Positions 38,617 to 47,411 of a stretch of DNA of 64,000 nt are shown here, piece after piece (position 1 is the stretch's first letter; each line of letters begins with the position of its first letter). The position numbers and the translations under genes are program-made. The notes below the pieces were generated by a model. It was not told the DNA's origin. It did not search any database and saw only the letters and a list, made by a program, of their open reading frames with translations. The stretch is from a virus (lineage: Duplodnaviria; Heunggongvirae; Uroviricota; Caudoviricetes), in the IMG/VR virus record IMGVR_UViG_3300042881_003883, positions 83,930-147,929 of that record; one strand, 5' to 3'.

Positions 38617-39707
38617 AATTAGAAACGATTTACAAAAAAACTAAGACAGGTGCAACTCAAGAGTGGACAATTGAAGTATCCGATAATAAATACAGAACTC
38701 ATAGTGGACAATGTGGTGGAGTAATTACCACAAACACATGGACAGTTGTGTATGGTAAAAATGAAGGTAAAGCAAATGGTACTACTGATAACGAACAAGC
38801 TCTTAAAGAAGCAATAGCTAAGAGAACTAAAAAGTTAGAGAGTGGTTATTTTGAAAGTATTAATAACATTGATACTAAACAATACTTTGAACCTATGTTG
38901 GCGGCCAAGTGGGAAGATTACAAAGATAAAATTGAATACCCAATATTCTCTCAACCAAAATTAGATGGTATCCGATGTATCCTTACCAAAGATGGTATGT
39001 TTAGTAGGAATGGTAAACCAATTGTATCAGCACCTCACATTTTTGAATCAATGAAATATTTGTTTGATGAGAATCCAAATCTAATATTTGATGGAGAATT
39101 GTACGCTGATAAGTTCGCTAATGATTTCAATAAGATTGTATCGTTGGTGAAAAAAACAAAGCCAACTCCATCTGATTTAGAGGAATGTAAAAAAGTAATC
39201 AAATACCATATCTATGATTTCCCATCACATGGTGGTGAATTTGTTGAAAGATTCAAAGCATTGTATGGTGTTAAGTTACCATCTACTTGTGAGTTTGTAA
39301 CAACCCACCCTGTTAGGGATGAGGCTGGTGTTATGGATTTGTATGGTAAATATGTTGAGCAGGGTTATGAGGGGCAAATGCTTCGTACTGGTGGACTTTA
39401 TGAGAATAAACGAAGTAAGTACCTTTTGAAGCATAAATCCTTTGTAGATGAGGAATATACGATTTTAGATATATGTGAAGGTGAGGGTAACCGAACCGGC
39501 ACTTGTGGATATATGGTATTTAATACCAAAGATGGAAAGCGATTCAAATCAAATGTAAAGGGGACATTTGCTGAAACAGCTGAGATTTTAGAAAACAAAG
39601 ATTCCTTGATAGGTAAAGAAGCAACTGTTAAGTACTTTAACCTAACACCGGATGGAATTCCCCGATTTCCTTATGTTATAAAAATAAATAGAAATGAGTA
39701 TGAGTAA
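38613..39707 (+). CDS. lig: ATP-dependent DNA ligase
   Basis: Motif I KLDGIR, motif III FDGELY, motif IV EGQMLR, motif V LLKHK. Confidence 0.85.
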   Translation: MKLETIYKKTKTGATQEWTIEVSDNKYRTHSGQCGGVITTNTWTVVYGKNEGKANGTTDNEQALKEAIAKRTKKLESGYFESINNIDTKQYFEPMLAAKWEDYKDKIEYPIFSQPKLDGIRCILTKDGMFSRNGKPIVSAPHIFESMKYLFDENPNLIFDGELYADKFANDFNKIVSLVKKTKPTPSDLEECKKVIKYHIYDFPSHGGEFVERFKALYGVKLPSTCEFVTTHPVRDEAGVMDLYGKYVEQGYEGQMLRTGGLYENKRSKYLLKHKSFVDEEYTILDICEGEGNRTGTCGYMVFNTKDGKRFKSNVKGTFAETAEILENKDSLIGKEATVKYFNLTPDGIPRFPYVIKINRNEYE

Positions 39708-39860
39708 AGACACCAAAGATTGGATGGAAAAGTTAGTAAAGAACTATCGAATTCCATTGGAAGAGGACAAATCCAAAAAACAAGAACCAAAGAAACTATT
39801 GAAAGAATCACAATTAAAAAAGATTTTGGAAAGAAATTAGGTTATTTGAATTATTTTTTG

Positions 39861-39868
39861 TATATTTG
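39861..39868 (+). promoter_or_regulatory. -7 promoter box TATATTTG
   Basis: TTATTTTTTGTATATTTG context shared with 2483-2497 and 19665-19681. Confidence 0.5.
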
Positions 39869-39914
39869 AAATATGAATTACTATAATATACAAGCATTCG
39901 TAAAAAAGATAAAG

Positions 39915-40178
39915 ATGAAAACATTCAAAGATTTAGAATTTAAACCACATACTGCCGGAATGGGAGGTGTGATGAGTCGTATCATATTTGAAAATGGATA
40001 TGGTGCTAGTGTAGTTAAGACCCCATATACCTATGGTGGTGATAGGGGAAAATATGAATTAGCAGTATTAGGTACTGATGGTGATTTGACATATGATACT
40101 CCAATTACAGATGATGTTATTGGGTATTTATCAGAAACAGAAGTTACTGATATATTAGAACAAATCCAAAAATTGTAA
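39915..40178 (+). CDS. hypothetical protein (track start 39873 lies only 4 nt after the promoter box, so the ATG at 39915 is more plausible)
   Basis: ORF; start position uncertain. Confidence 0.45.
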   Translation: MKTFKDLEFKPHTAGMGGVMSRIIFENGYGASVVKTPYTYGGDRGKYELAVLGTDGDLTYDTPITDDVIGYLSETEVTDILEQIQKL

Positions 40179-40179
40179 T

Positions 40180-40641
40180 ATGGCATATAATAAATTCCGT
40201 TGGTACACATCTAAACTTAGAAAGAAGCCACTACCAAAATCAGCTCCATTACTCCGAAGGATTCAAAATGGTGATTTTGAAGTTTCACCTTATTTTGATG
40301 AGGCAAAGTATAATAGAGAACTTGCGATTGAAGCTTATGAATTGACTAAAAAGAATGCACTTATTTCAGACCCAGCTCAATTAGAGATGGAGGCATTGTA
40401 TGCTGGTAGAATTAAAAGAGTAAAAGCTCTTAAGTTAGATGAAGTAGGTAATACTGATGAGAATAAACGATTGCGAGAATTACAAAGAGCATTAGCCGAA
40501 GAATTCGAAAAGGATTTATGGGAGAAGGCTATGGAAAGAAAGCGGGGTAAGGGTACTACTGAAGATTTATATTGGTGGTATAAAAAACAATGTAAGCTTG
40601 GTTACACTAAATCAGAATTACAAATTAGAGGAATCATATGA
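40180..40641 (+). CDS. hypothetical basic protein
   Basis: ORF. Confidence 0.5.
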   Translation: MAYNKFRWYTSKLRKKPLPKSAPLLRRIQNGDFEVSPYFDEAKYNRELAIEAYELTKKNALISDPAQLEMEALYAGRIKRVKALKLDEVGNTDENKRLRELQRALAEEFEKDLWEKAMERKRGKGTTEDLYWWYKKQCKLGYTKSELQIRGII

Positions 40642-40825
40642 AAGAAGCATACTTTAAAGTACTAAATACAATTAAAACTGCACAATACGCTGCAATGGCA
40701 AATGGAAGTGTGAAAAAATTAATAAATAATTTTAGTAATATGTATGATGACAAGGATTTAATTGAATCTTTGGATACTATTTATAATGAAAAACTAAAAG
40801 AATATCAACTATAATACTTATTGAT

Positions 40826-41101
40826 ATGGAAATGATTAAAAGCAGATACGGATTAGAGAGAGTTATCGAAAAATTAGATACCAATAGACTTAGGATTACT
40901 GGGGAATCTCAATTTCAAAGAACATCAACAAATGATTCCGGTGAAACGGTAATGTTTGACTTTGAAGGTGGACCGGTATTATCGGTAGGAGGAGTACTTA
41001 ATTTTCAAAAATCAAAATGGATTATAACATCAATCACACCAATTGATTCAAAGTACGAAGGATTGGTAGAATGCATTGTAGGGGTTAAATTATCTTATTA
41101 G
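40826..41101 (+). CDS. hypothetical small protein
   Basis: ORF. Confidence 0.4.
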   Translation: MEMIKSRYGLERVIEKLDTNRLRITGESQFQRTSTNDSGETVMFDFEGGPVLSVGGVLNFQKSKWIITSITPIDSKYEGLVECIVGVKLSY

Positions 41102-41112
41102 GAGAATAGATT

Positions 41113-41307
41113 ATGTTTGGTTTACTATCAGAGGCAGAAGTACAAGACCCACTTATCACTAAAAAGATATTGGAATCACTTACAGCGGCCCAAAACAAAA
41201 TGTTGAACGATGGTAGACTTCTAATCAACCCTATAACAGGGGATACAATAGTACCCATTCGGGTATCACAAAATCAAATAGCAAAAATTGTAATTAATAT
41301 ATTTTAA
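41113..41307 (+). CDS. hypothetical small protein
   Basis: ORF. Confidence 0.4.
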   Translation: MFGLLSEAEVQDPLITKKILESLTAAQNKMLNDGRLLINPITGDTIVPIRVSQNQIAKIVINIF

Positions 41308-41556
41308 GATGGAAATCAAATATCCAACTTTTAAGTATTTTAATGAAGAGTGGAATAACGAACCCCACACCGATGATGAGTATGGAGATACGCATGTAGA
41401 TGGTGTAGATGAAATTTAGTTATTGGGATTAAGGGGATACCTCCTTTTCATCGATTCGGTGGGGGGTGAGTCGCAACCTTAATTTTTTTGATAGTTTTGT
41501 TATATTTATACTTATATTTGAATATTACATTTAGCTATCCTTACACTTATTACTAT

Positions 41557-41775
41557 ATGAATAACTCCGCACATCCGAATCCACAACGTAGTAGATTAGA
41601 AAGATTTATATACGAAATACAAAGCCGCTTGGGAATACAACCAAAATGGGAAAGGGATTTACTTCAAACCGATGAGAAGTTAAAGACGTATAAGGAGTTT
41701 AAGGATAAGGGGATATGTAGTACATTGTATTACTTAAGAATAAATTTTTTAAAAGGATGGACAATAAAATTATAG
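41557..41775 (+). CDS. small ORF upstream of a possible -1 frameshift site
   Basis: Track ORF begins with TTG at 41488 inside the AT-rich promoter-like TTATATTTG; first ATG is at 41557. T_TTT_TTA heptamer near the 3' end. Confidence 0.3.
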   Translation: MNNSAHPNPQRSRLERFIYEIQSRLGIQPKWERDLLQTDEKLKTYKEFKDKGICSTLYYLRINFLKGWTIKL

Positions 41776-41966
41776 AGTTAATCAACAAATACCCAAACGA
41801 TGCTGAGTTGGGAAATGTTATCCGTAGAGCGTATTGGAGAGAATCCACAACTGGGGAGAAAATCTTTGAATCCCCGGATAAGGGAAAAACGATATACTCC
41901 CGTCAAAGTGGTGAAACCGAACGAACTTTAGTAGATAGGCAGATGGAGATACCATATGAGGGATAA
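41757..41966 (+). CDS. small ORF in the -1 frame relative to 41557..41775
   Basis: Overlaps the upstream ORF by 19 nt. Confidence 0.35.
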   Translation: MDNKIIELINKYPNDAELGNVIRRAYWRESTTGEKIFESPDKGKTIYSRQSGETERTLVDRQMEIPYEG

Positions 41967-42094
41967 ACTAAAAAGGTTTTGGAAGAGGTTAGTATCTCTT
42001 ACATTAGAAGCTGGGGAAGGGATATGGGAAGCAACCAAAAATGGAAATTATCCATATTTATAGGGGAGTTAAGTAACAACCCAATTTCGAGTCT

Positions 42095-42865
42095 ATGTAC
42101 AAAGTAAGAGGATATCAAAAACCGGAGGATTCGTTCCACACTATTGGAGAGTGGGAACGTATCTCTAAGCGTTTTTTAGACCTACAAAAGGGTGGTTCCG
42201 ATACTAGGGGTGGGGTTTTACCTACGGACCCGAAGATGATGGAACTTATAGATACTTATTTTGGATATCAACTATGGGTTGAAACCGATTTGTATGGGGA
42301 TTTGACCAAGAAAAACGTTTTAGACTTTATTGAAGATTTTGTAAACCATAGGATATGGGGAATCAGAGATGAGTTTGGGGATTATATAAAGAACATAAAC
42401 AATGATAGGATTGCGTTCTTTAATAGTAGAGGAGCAATTGAACCTTATATTCTATTGGATAAATCGTTTACTAAGGATACTTATGGTAACGTAGGTTCTG
42501 AGGTGGTAACGTACCATTGGACATCTGAGGAGGGATTCAGAAACCTTGCAGATAGTATCCGAAGTGGGTATAGTTTTTCTATATCAACGTTTACTACCCA
42601 AGCAAAGGAGTTCTTTAGACCGGAGAGTAATATATTGGTAAAGATAAGAGGAGAGTTAGTAGCCGCATTTAAATCAGATGTAAAATCATTTGCAACTGAT
42701 AGAGGAAATCGGGCAGCTAACTTATTCCGTTTTTCATACCCGGATAATGAGAATAATCTATGTACGGATTTAGTGAATTGTACTGAGAACAAAACCTCAC
42801 TTTGGAACGAAATAATTGTAAAACCAATATCTATATTAGATTATAAGCAAATTAAAAAGTATTAA
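42095..42865 (+). CDS. hypothetical protein in GC-elevated island
   Basis: Local GC ~45-52% vs ~31% genome; AGG/GGG/CCG codons enriched. Confidence 0.5.
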   Translation: MYKVRGYQKPEDSFHTIGEWERISKRFLDLQKGGSDTRGGVLPTDPKMMELIDTYFGYQLWVETDLYGDLTKKNVLDFIEDFVNHRIWGIRDEFGDYIKNINNDRIAFFNSRGAIEPYILLDKSFTKDTYGNVGSEVVTYHWTSEEGFRNLADSIRSGYSFSISTFTTQAKEFFRPESNILVKIRGELVAAFKSDVKSFATDRGNRAANLFRFSYPDNENNLCTDLVNCTENKTSLWNEIIVKPISILDYKQIKKY

Positions 42866-42866
42866 T

Positions 42867-43280
42867 ATGATAAGTTTAAAAGAAATTATCTATGAAGTAC
42901 TAAATGAGGTTGTGATAAGTGTATCGGATTTAGATGATACATTAGAACAATATAGAAAAGATACCAATTGGACAGATTGGTATATGAGTGGAGGATGTTA
43001 TACATTTGCTGATGGTCTGAATAAGTATTTAGGAAATAGAGGTAAGTATGTAGCTATAATAGAACCGGAAACGAAAGCGATGGTTCACGTTTGTGTTTTG
43101 TATGGTGGGAAGTATTGTGATTATAACGGATGTAGAAGTAAAAACGATATACTATCCGATATCACTATAAATGGAACTCCGATATGGAAAACCATAAACC
43201 GGTCACAAATATCATCGGAACATAATTTTGATAATAGTGAAGTAACCTCAATAGTAAAGAATTTAAATAAAATAAGATAA
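42867..43280 (+). CDS. Cys-rich protein with N-terminal MISLKEIIYE motif (CTS-like family)
   Basis: First ~20 nt nearly identical to the start of the 43280 gene. Confidence 0.55.
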   Translation: MISLKEIIYEVLNEVVISVSDLDDTLEQYRKDTNWTDWYMSGGCYTFADGLNKYLGNRGKYVAIIEPETKAMVHVCVLYGGKYCDYNGCRSKNDILSDITINGTPIWKTINRSQISSEHNFDNSEVTSIVKNLNKIR

Positions 43281-44032
43281 TGATAAGTTTAAAGGAAATA
43301 ATTAAAGGGATTCTAAGTGAGGGTGTTGATGACCCGGGAATCTTAAAATGTGTATTTATGGCAGGAGGACCTGGAAGTGGGAAATCATTTACTGCTAAAG
43401 AGATATTTGGAGTGGGTAAATCTGCATTTTCATCGGTATCTGCTGGTGGATTGAAATTAGTAAATTCTGATACTGCATTTGAGAAGGGTCTTAAAGATAA
43501 TGGTATTGATATGAAGGAGTTGGGTAACATTGAAAAGAATGACCCGGAACTTTGGGATTTAATCACTAAGGGAGATAATTCAATTAGAGGAAAAGCAAAA
43601 GCGATTACCGATAAACAAAGAGCTTTTTATGAAGCTGGTAGATTGGGTATGATTATCGATGGAACCGGAGATGAGGTATCTAAGATTAAAAAGAAAATGG
43701 AACATGCTGAATCATTAGGATATGATTGTTCAATGGTGTTTGTAAATACATCATTGGAAGTAGCATTGGAAAGAAATAAAAACCGAGATAGAGTTCTATC
43801 GGATGAGTTGGTAACCAAAATTTGGAAAGATTGTCAAAATAACTTAGGAGCATTCCAAGGTATGTTTAGTGGTAACTTTGTAATTGTAGATAATACCGTT
43901 TACAAACCGGTAAATAGACCAGTACAACAAGCAGTAGATGCGTTCTTAAGAAAACCACTTTATAATCCAATTGGAAAAAAATGGGTAGCAACTGCTAGAA
44001 TATTAAAAAAATCTAATCTGATTAAGAAATGA
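43280..44032 (+). CDS. P-loop kinase (PNK/zeta-toxin/AAA_33-like) with N-terminal MISLKEIIKGILSE motif
   Basis: Walker A GGPGSGKS; IIDGTGDE...VFVNTSLEVALERNKNR resembles the PNK/zeta-type kinase core. Confidence 0.6.
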   Translation: MISLKEIIKGILSEGVDDPGILKCVFMAGGPGSGKSFTAKEIFGVGKSAFSSVSAGGLKLVNSDTAFEKGLKDNGIDMKELGNIEKNDPELWDLITKGDNSIRGKAKAITDKQRAFYEAGRLGMIIDGTGDEVSKIKKKMEHAESLGYDCSMVFVNTSLEVALERNKNRDRVLSDELVTKIWKDCQNNLGAFQGMFSGNFVIVDNTVYKPVNRPVQQAVDAFLRKPLYNPIGKKWVATARILKKSNLIKK

Positions 44033-44886
44033 TAAAATTAATGGACTTGTTGAACGAAGAAAGCTTCGTAGCAAAATCAACAAAAACGGGTAAGGTAGTA
44101 AACTTTGGTTCAAGAGAAACCAGAGATGCTGCAATTAAATCCGGCGATTATGAAGAACCTGAAAAGGGAGATGCTGGTGCACCTCCTAAACCTAAAGTAA
44201 ATATATTTGATAAACCAGCTGATAAGAAAGCTGGAGGAGAAACTCCAAAAGCGGCCGAAGAACCTACAAAGGAACCGGCTGAGAAAACCGATTACGAAAA
44301 GGGATTGGCTGCTAAGGCTAAGGAAGCAGTTGGTAGAATTAGTGATAAAATCAAAGGATGGGCCAAAGAAGAAAAAGAATTCTTTAAATCTGATTCACAT
44401 AAAGGAGGTTCTAAGGAAAGAAGAAGTTGGGGACACGCAATTTCAGATAAAGCTAAAGGAGCTTGGGAAGCTGTTAAAAAGGGCGCTAAAGGTGAAGTAG
44501 AAGAATTCAAAACTGCAGGTGGTGCAGTTAAATCACTATTTAAAGGTGAAGAGATGAATGACCACCAAAAGAAGGCTTTAAAAGCAGTAGCTATTAAAGT
44601 TGTAACAACTGCTCTATTTGGAGCTGCAACCGGTGGATTAGCACACGGAGCTGCTGCATTCGGTCAACACGTTGCTATGGAGTTTATTCCTCACGTAGTA
44701 GGTGAAACGATTTTAAAAGGAGTAGGTAAAGCGGCAATATTTGCTGGAGATGAAGAAGAGAATGAAGATGTATATATGGAGAAATTCGCTCAGATGATTG
44801 CTGAGAAATTGGCTAACGAACCAATACCGGCTGAGTTGATGGAGAAATTCGTAGATTCATATAATGAAAAGAAACTAGCAAAATAA
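44029..44886 (+). CDS. Lys-rich protein with Gly/Ala-rich hydrophobic segment and N-terminal MIKLMDLLNE motif; paralog of the 22564 product
   Basis: N-terminal 45 aa align with the 22564 product; TTALFGAATGGLAHGAAAFG glycine-zipper-like helix. Confidence 0.6.
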   Translation: MIKLMDLLNEESFVAKSTKTGKVVNFGSRETRDAAIKSGDYEEPEKGDAGAPPKPKVNIFDKPADKKAGGETPKAAEEPTKEPAEKTDYEKGLAAKAKEAVGRISDKIKGWAKEEKEFFKSDSHKGGSKERRSWGHAISDKAKGAWEAVKKGAKGEVEEFKTAGGAVKSLFKGEEMNDHQKKALKAVAIKVVTTALFGAATGGLAHGAAAFGQHVAMEFIPHVVGETILKGVGKAAIFAGDEEENEDVYMEKFAQMIAEKLANEPIPAELMEKFVDSYNEKKLAK

Positions 44887-44889
44887 GAA

Positions 44890-45489
44890 ATGAAAAGATT
44901 AAGTTTATTTATCCCATTTATTTTAATATTATTTTCATTTACAGGTGATTCTCACCGACATGAAGTTAAGGTAAAAACCCCAATATTTGAAGTACTATAT
45001 TCAGAGGTATTCGAACAACCACTTTGGTTAACATATGAATCAACTAATAGAGCTACAAATGTGAATAGAGGTTCTATGGATTTTTATACTGAAAAGGATG
45101 TACATACATCAGATGCTAATGATTATCGTACAAATGTATATGATAAGGGTCACTTAGCACCAGCAGCTACATTTTCTGATAATATAGAAAATTTAAAACA
45201 AACGTTTTCATATTTGAATTGTGCACTACAAGACCAATATATGAATAGAGGTGAGTGGAGAATGTTAGAAGAGCAGGAAAGAAAATGGGATGATACCGAA
45301 AAACTAAAAGTTAAAGTTGAGTTGGTATTTGGAAAAGGACATAAAGTCCTACCAACCGGAGGACATGTTCCAACATCAATGGTTAAACATATCTATTTTT
45401 CAAAACAAAAGAAGTGGAAATGTTTTGATTTTCCTAATTCAAAACCAACTAAAGGTTGGGAAGGGCATGAAGTTAAACATATTCACTAA
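44890..45489 (+). CDS. secreted non-specific DNA/RNA endonuclease (Serratia-NUC / DRGH family)
   Basis: Signal peptide MKRLSLFIPFILILFSF; active-site-like DKGHLAPAA (DRGH motif variant), N..Q downstream. Confidence 0.7.
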   Translation: MKRLSLFIPFILILFSFTGDSHRHEVKVKTPIFEVLYSEVFEQPLWLTYESTNRATNVNRGSMDFYTEKDVHTSDANDYRTNVYDKGHLAPAATFSDNIENLKQTFSYLNCALQDQYMNRGEWRMLEEQERKWDDTEKLKVKVELVFGKGHKVLPTGGHVPTSMVKHIYFSKQKKWKCFDFPNSKPTKGWEGHEVKHIH

Positions 45490-45549
45490 AAAAATAGCGA
45501 AAACAAAAAAGATATATATTTATAATAAGAAAACAAAAAAAGATTTATT

Positions 45550-45999
45550 ATGGCATTAACATACGAATGGAAATTAACGGGTTTAAAAAAGCAAGATACT
45601 GCTGATTTAACTGATTTAGTAATTGGAACCCAATGGAAATTAATTGGTACTAATGAAAATGGTACTGAAGGTACATTTAGTGGAGCAACTCCATTGGATA
45701 TTCCTGATGCTGATGAGGCGGGATTTATTCCTTATGAGCAACTTACTGAAGAAGTTGTATTAGGTTGGATTCAAAATATAGTATCTGGTAGTGCACCAAC
45801 TAATTATATGGCTCACATCAATGAACAAATCTTAAAGCAAATCAACCAAAAAGAATACGCTATTAAAGAAGTTGGTGAAACTGATTTACCTTGGTCACCT
45901 ACATCTGGAAGTGTGACTCCGGCTGGTCCGATGGAACCTGCACCAACAGCAGCTCCAACAACTGAAACTACAACTGAAGTTGTGGTTGATGGTGAATAA
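45550..45999 (+). CDS. hypothetical protein with Pro/Thr/Ala-rich C-terminus
   Basis: ORF; acidic. Confidence 0.5.
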   Translation: MALTYEWKLTGLKKQDTADLTDLVIGTQWKLIGTNENGTEGTFSGATPLDIPDADEAGFIPYEQLTEEVVLGWIQNIVSGSAPTNYMAHINEQILKQINQKEYAIKEVGETDLPWSPTSGSVTPAGPMEPAPTAAPTTETTTEVVVDGE

Positions 46000-46026
46000 T
46001 ATCACCTAATAAAAAATAATTAAAGA

Positions 46027-46062
46027 AAAGCTTGGATATACCAAGCTTTTTTTGTATCTTTG
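46027..46062 (+). promoter_or_regulatory. terminator hairpin (AAGCTTGG-ATATA-CCAAGCTT + T6) followed by -7 box TATCTTTG
   Basis: Perfect 8 bp palindromic stem containing HindIII-like AAGCTT; box at 46055-46062. Confidence 0.6.
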
Positions 46063-46081
46063 TGTTTATAAAATATGTTAT

Positions 46082-47407
46082 ATGTTTACACCCTTTTCAG
46101 TATTAGATACTAGAACAAAGGAATGGAAGCAAAGAAAGGAATATTGGATTACTAATTATGGTATCCAATCTGAATTAGGTAGAGAGGATACTCAATCCAA
46201 AACTATCTTTTGGGATACACCCAATTCAGTTTCCGTATTTGACCCAGTACTTTGTGAATTGATGTACGATTGGTTCTCACCCAAAGGTGGAATGGTATTA
46301 GACCCATTCGCTGGTGGTAGTGTGAGAGGTATCGTATGTGAAGAGATGAACCGAAGATACGTTGGAATTGATTTATCCAAATCACAAGTAAAAGCCAACA
46401 AAGAGCAATCAAAAAAACCCTTATGGATTAATGGTGATTCGAATGAGGAATTGGACAAGGTAGCCGATGAATCATTTGATTTTGTATTTACATGCCCACC
46501 TTACTACGATTTGGAGATTTATACTGATGATGTGAATGATATTTCCAATATGGATGTGGATTCATTTGATAAAGTATATGAATCAATACTCCTAAAATCA
46601 GTTCAAAAACTAAAAGATAACCGATTCTTTGGGATTGTAGTATCTGAAGTTAGAGAACCATCCGTAACTGGTAAGTATTCTAAAGGTAGATATAGAGGTT
46701 TGGTTCGTAAAACCATAGATATGTTGGAATCAGCTGGAATGGAATTCTATAATGATATGATTCTATTCAATTCTCAACACCAAGCTTCACGAGTTGGTAA
46801 AACTTACTTTGATAGAAATCGTAAAATACCATCAGTTCATCAAAACATTCTAATTTTTGTAAAAGGAAACCCTGATATCGCAACTATTGAGATTGAAGGT
46901 GGTGAACCTATGTGTAAAGTAGATGGGAAGGAATACCTATCATTTAGACATGCGGCAATTGATGTGGATGCAGATAAGTTAGTTGCATCTGAAGTAGAGA
47001 GAAGATGTAGAAGTACTAAATCATCTTACAAAGAGTGGCAAATCATTGGTGAAGAAACCAACCCACATATAAAATACGAAGTAGATGGAGTTCCGTTTGA
47101 GAACCCAAAACAAATAGCAGATTTAATTGGTGGAGATTTCACCGAACAAATTGCTAGAAATTATATTGAATCAAACAATCCCAAATATAGACATTGGAAA
47201 CGGGTGGATAGTAATGATATTACCTATGGTGAAATGATGGATATGTGGGATAATAATATTAGATTAGAAATACCAGTTATAAGTTGTGATGGAATTGAAT
47301 TCTATTCAATGGAAGATGCTGGTAACCATTTTGGTATCTCATCTGAAAGAGTAAGACAGAAACTAAAATCGGATAAACATTCCGATTGGATTTATTTAGA
47401 CAATTAA
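46082..47407 (+). CDS. DNA methyltransferase (beta-class N6A/N4C) with ~190 aa C-terminal extension
   Basis: Motif I DPFAGGSVRG precedes motif IV TCPPYY (beta permutation). Track start 46052 lies inside the promoter box; ATG at 46082 preferred. Confidence 0.75.
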   Translation: MFTPFSVLDTRTKEWKQRKEYWITNYGIQSELGREDTQSKTIFWDTPNSVSVFDPVLCELMYDWFSPKGGMVLDPFAGGSVRGIVCEEMNRRYVGIDLSKSQVKANKEQSKKPLWINGDSNEELDKVADESFDFVFTCPPYYDLEIYTDDVNDISNMDVDSFDKVYESILLKSVQKLKDNRFFGIVVSEVREPSVTGKYSKGRYRGLVRKTIDMLESAGMEFYNDMILFNSQHQASRVGKTYFDRNRKIPSVHQNILIFVKGNPDIATIEIEGGEPMCKVDGKEYLSFRHAAIDVDADKLVASEVERRCRSTKSSYKEWQIIGEETNPHIKYEVDGVPFENPKQIADLIGGDFTEQIARNYIESNNPKYRHWKRVDSNDITYGEMMDMWDNNIRLEIPVISCDGIEFYSMEDAGNHFGISSERVRQKLKSDKHSDWIYLDN

Positions 47408-47411
47408 AATT

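Noticed and set aside
41418-41490. Possible tRNA or structured RNA in the gap 41418-41490 (GGGGATACCTCC...GGTGGGGGGTGAGTCGCAACC)
   Set aside because: No cloverleaf with acceptor/anticodon/T arms could be folded by eye. It is more likely a weak hairpin/terminator plus the AT-rich promoter-like TTATATTTG of the next ORF.
43280-44032. Calling the 43280 product an adenylate kinase or thymidylate kinase
   Set aside because: GGPGSGKS resembles AK-type P-loops, but the remainder (IIDGTGDE, VFVNTSLEVALERNKNR) fits PNK/zeta/AAA_33-type kinases better. No LID or NMP-binding motifs were recognised.
44207-44500. + strand alternative-frame ORFs inside genes (44207..44500, 45317..45559, 34761..34958, 3933..4133, 48357..48593)
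   Set aside because: They overlap confidently assigned genes in another frame and have Lys- or Leu-rich low-complexity sequence with no motifs.
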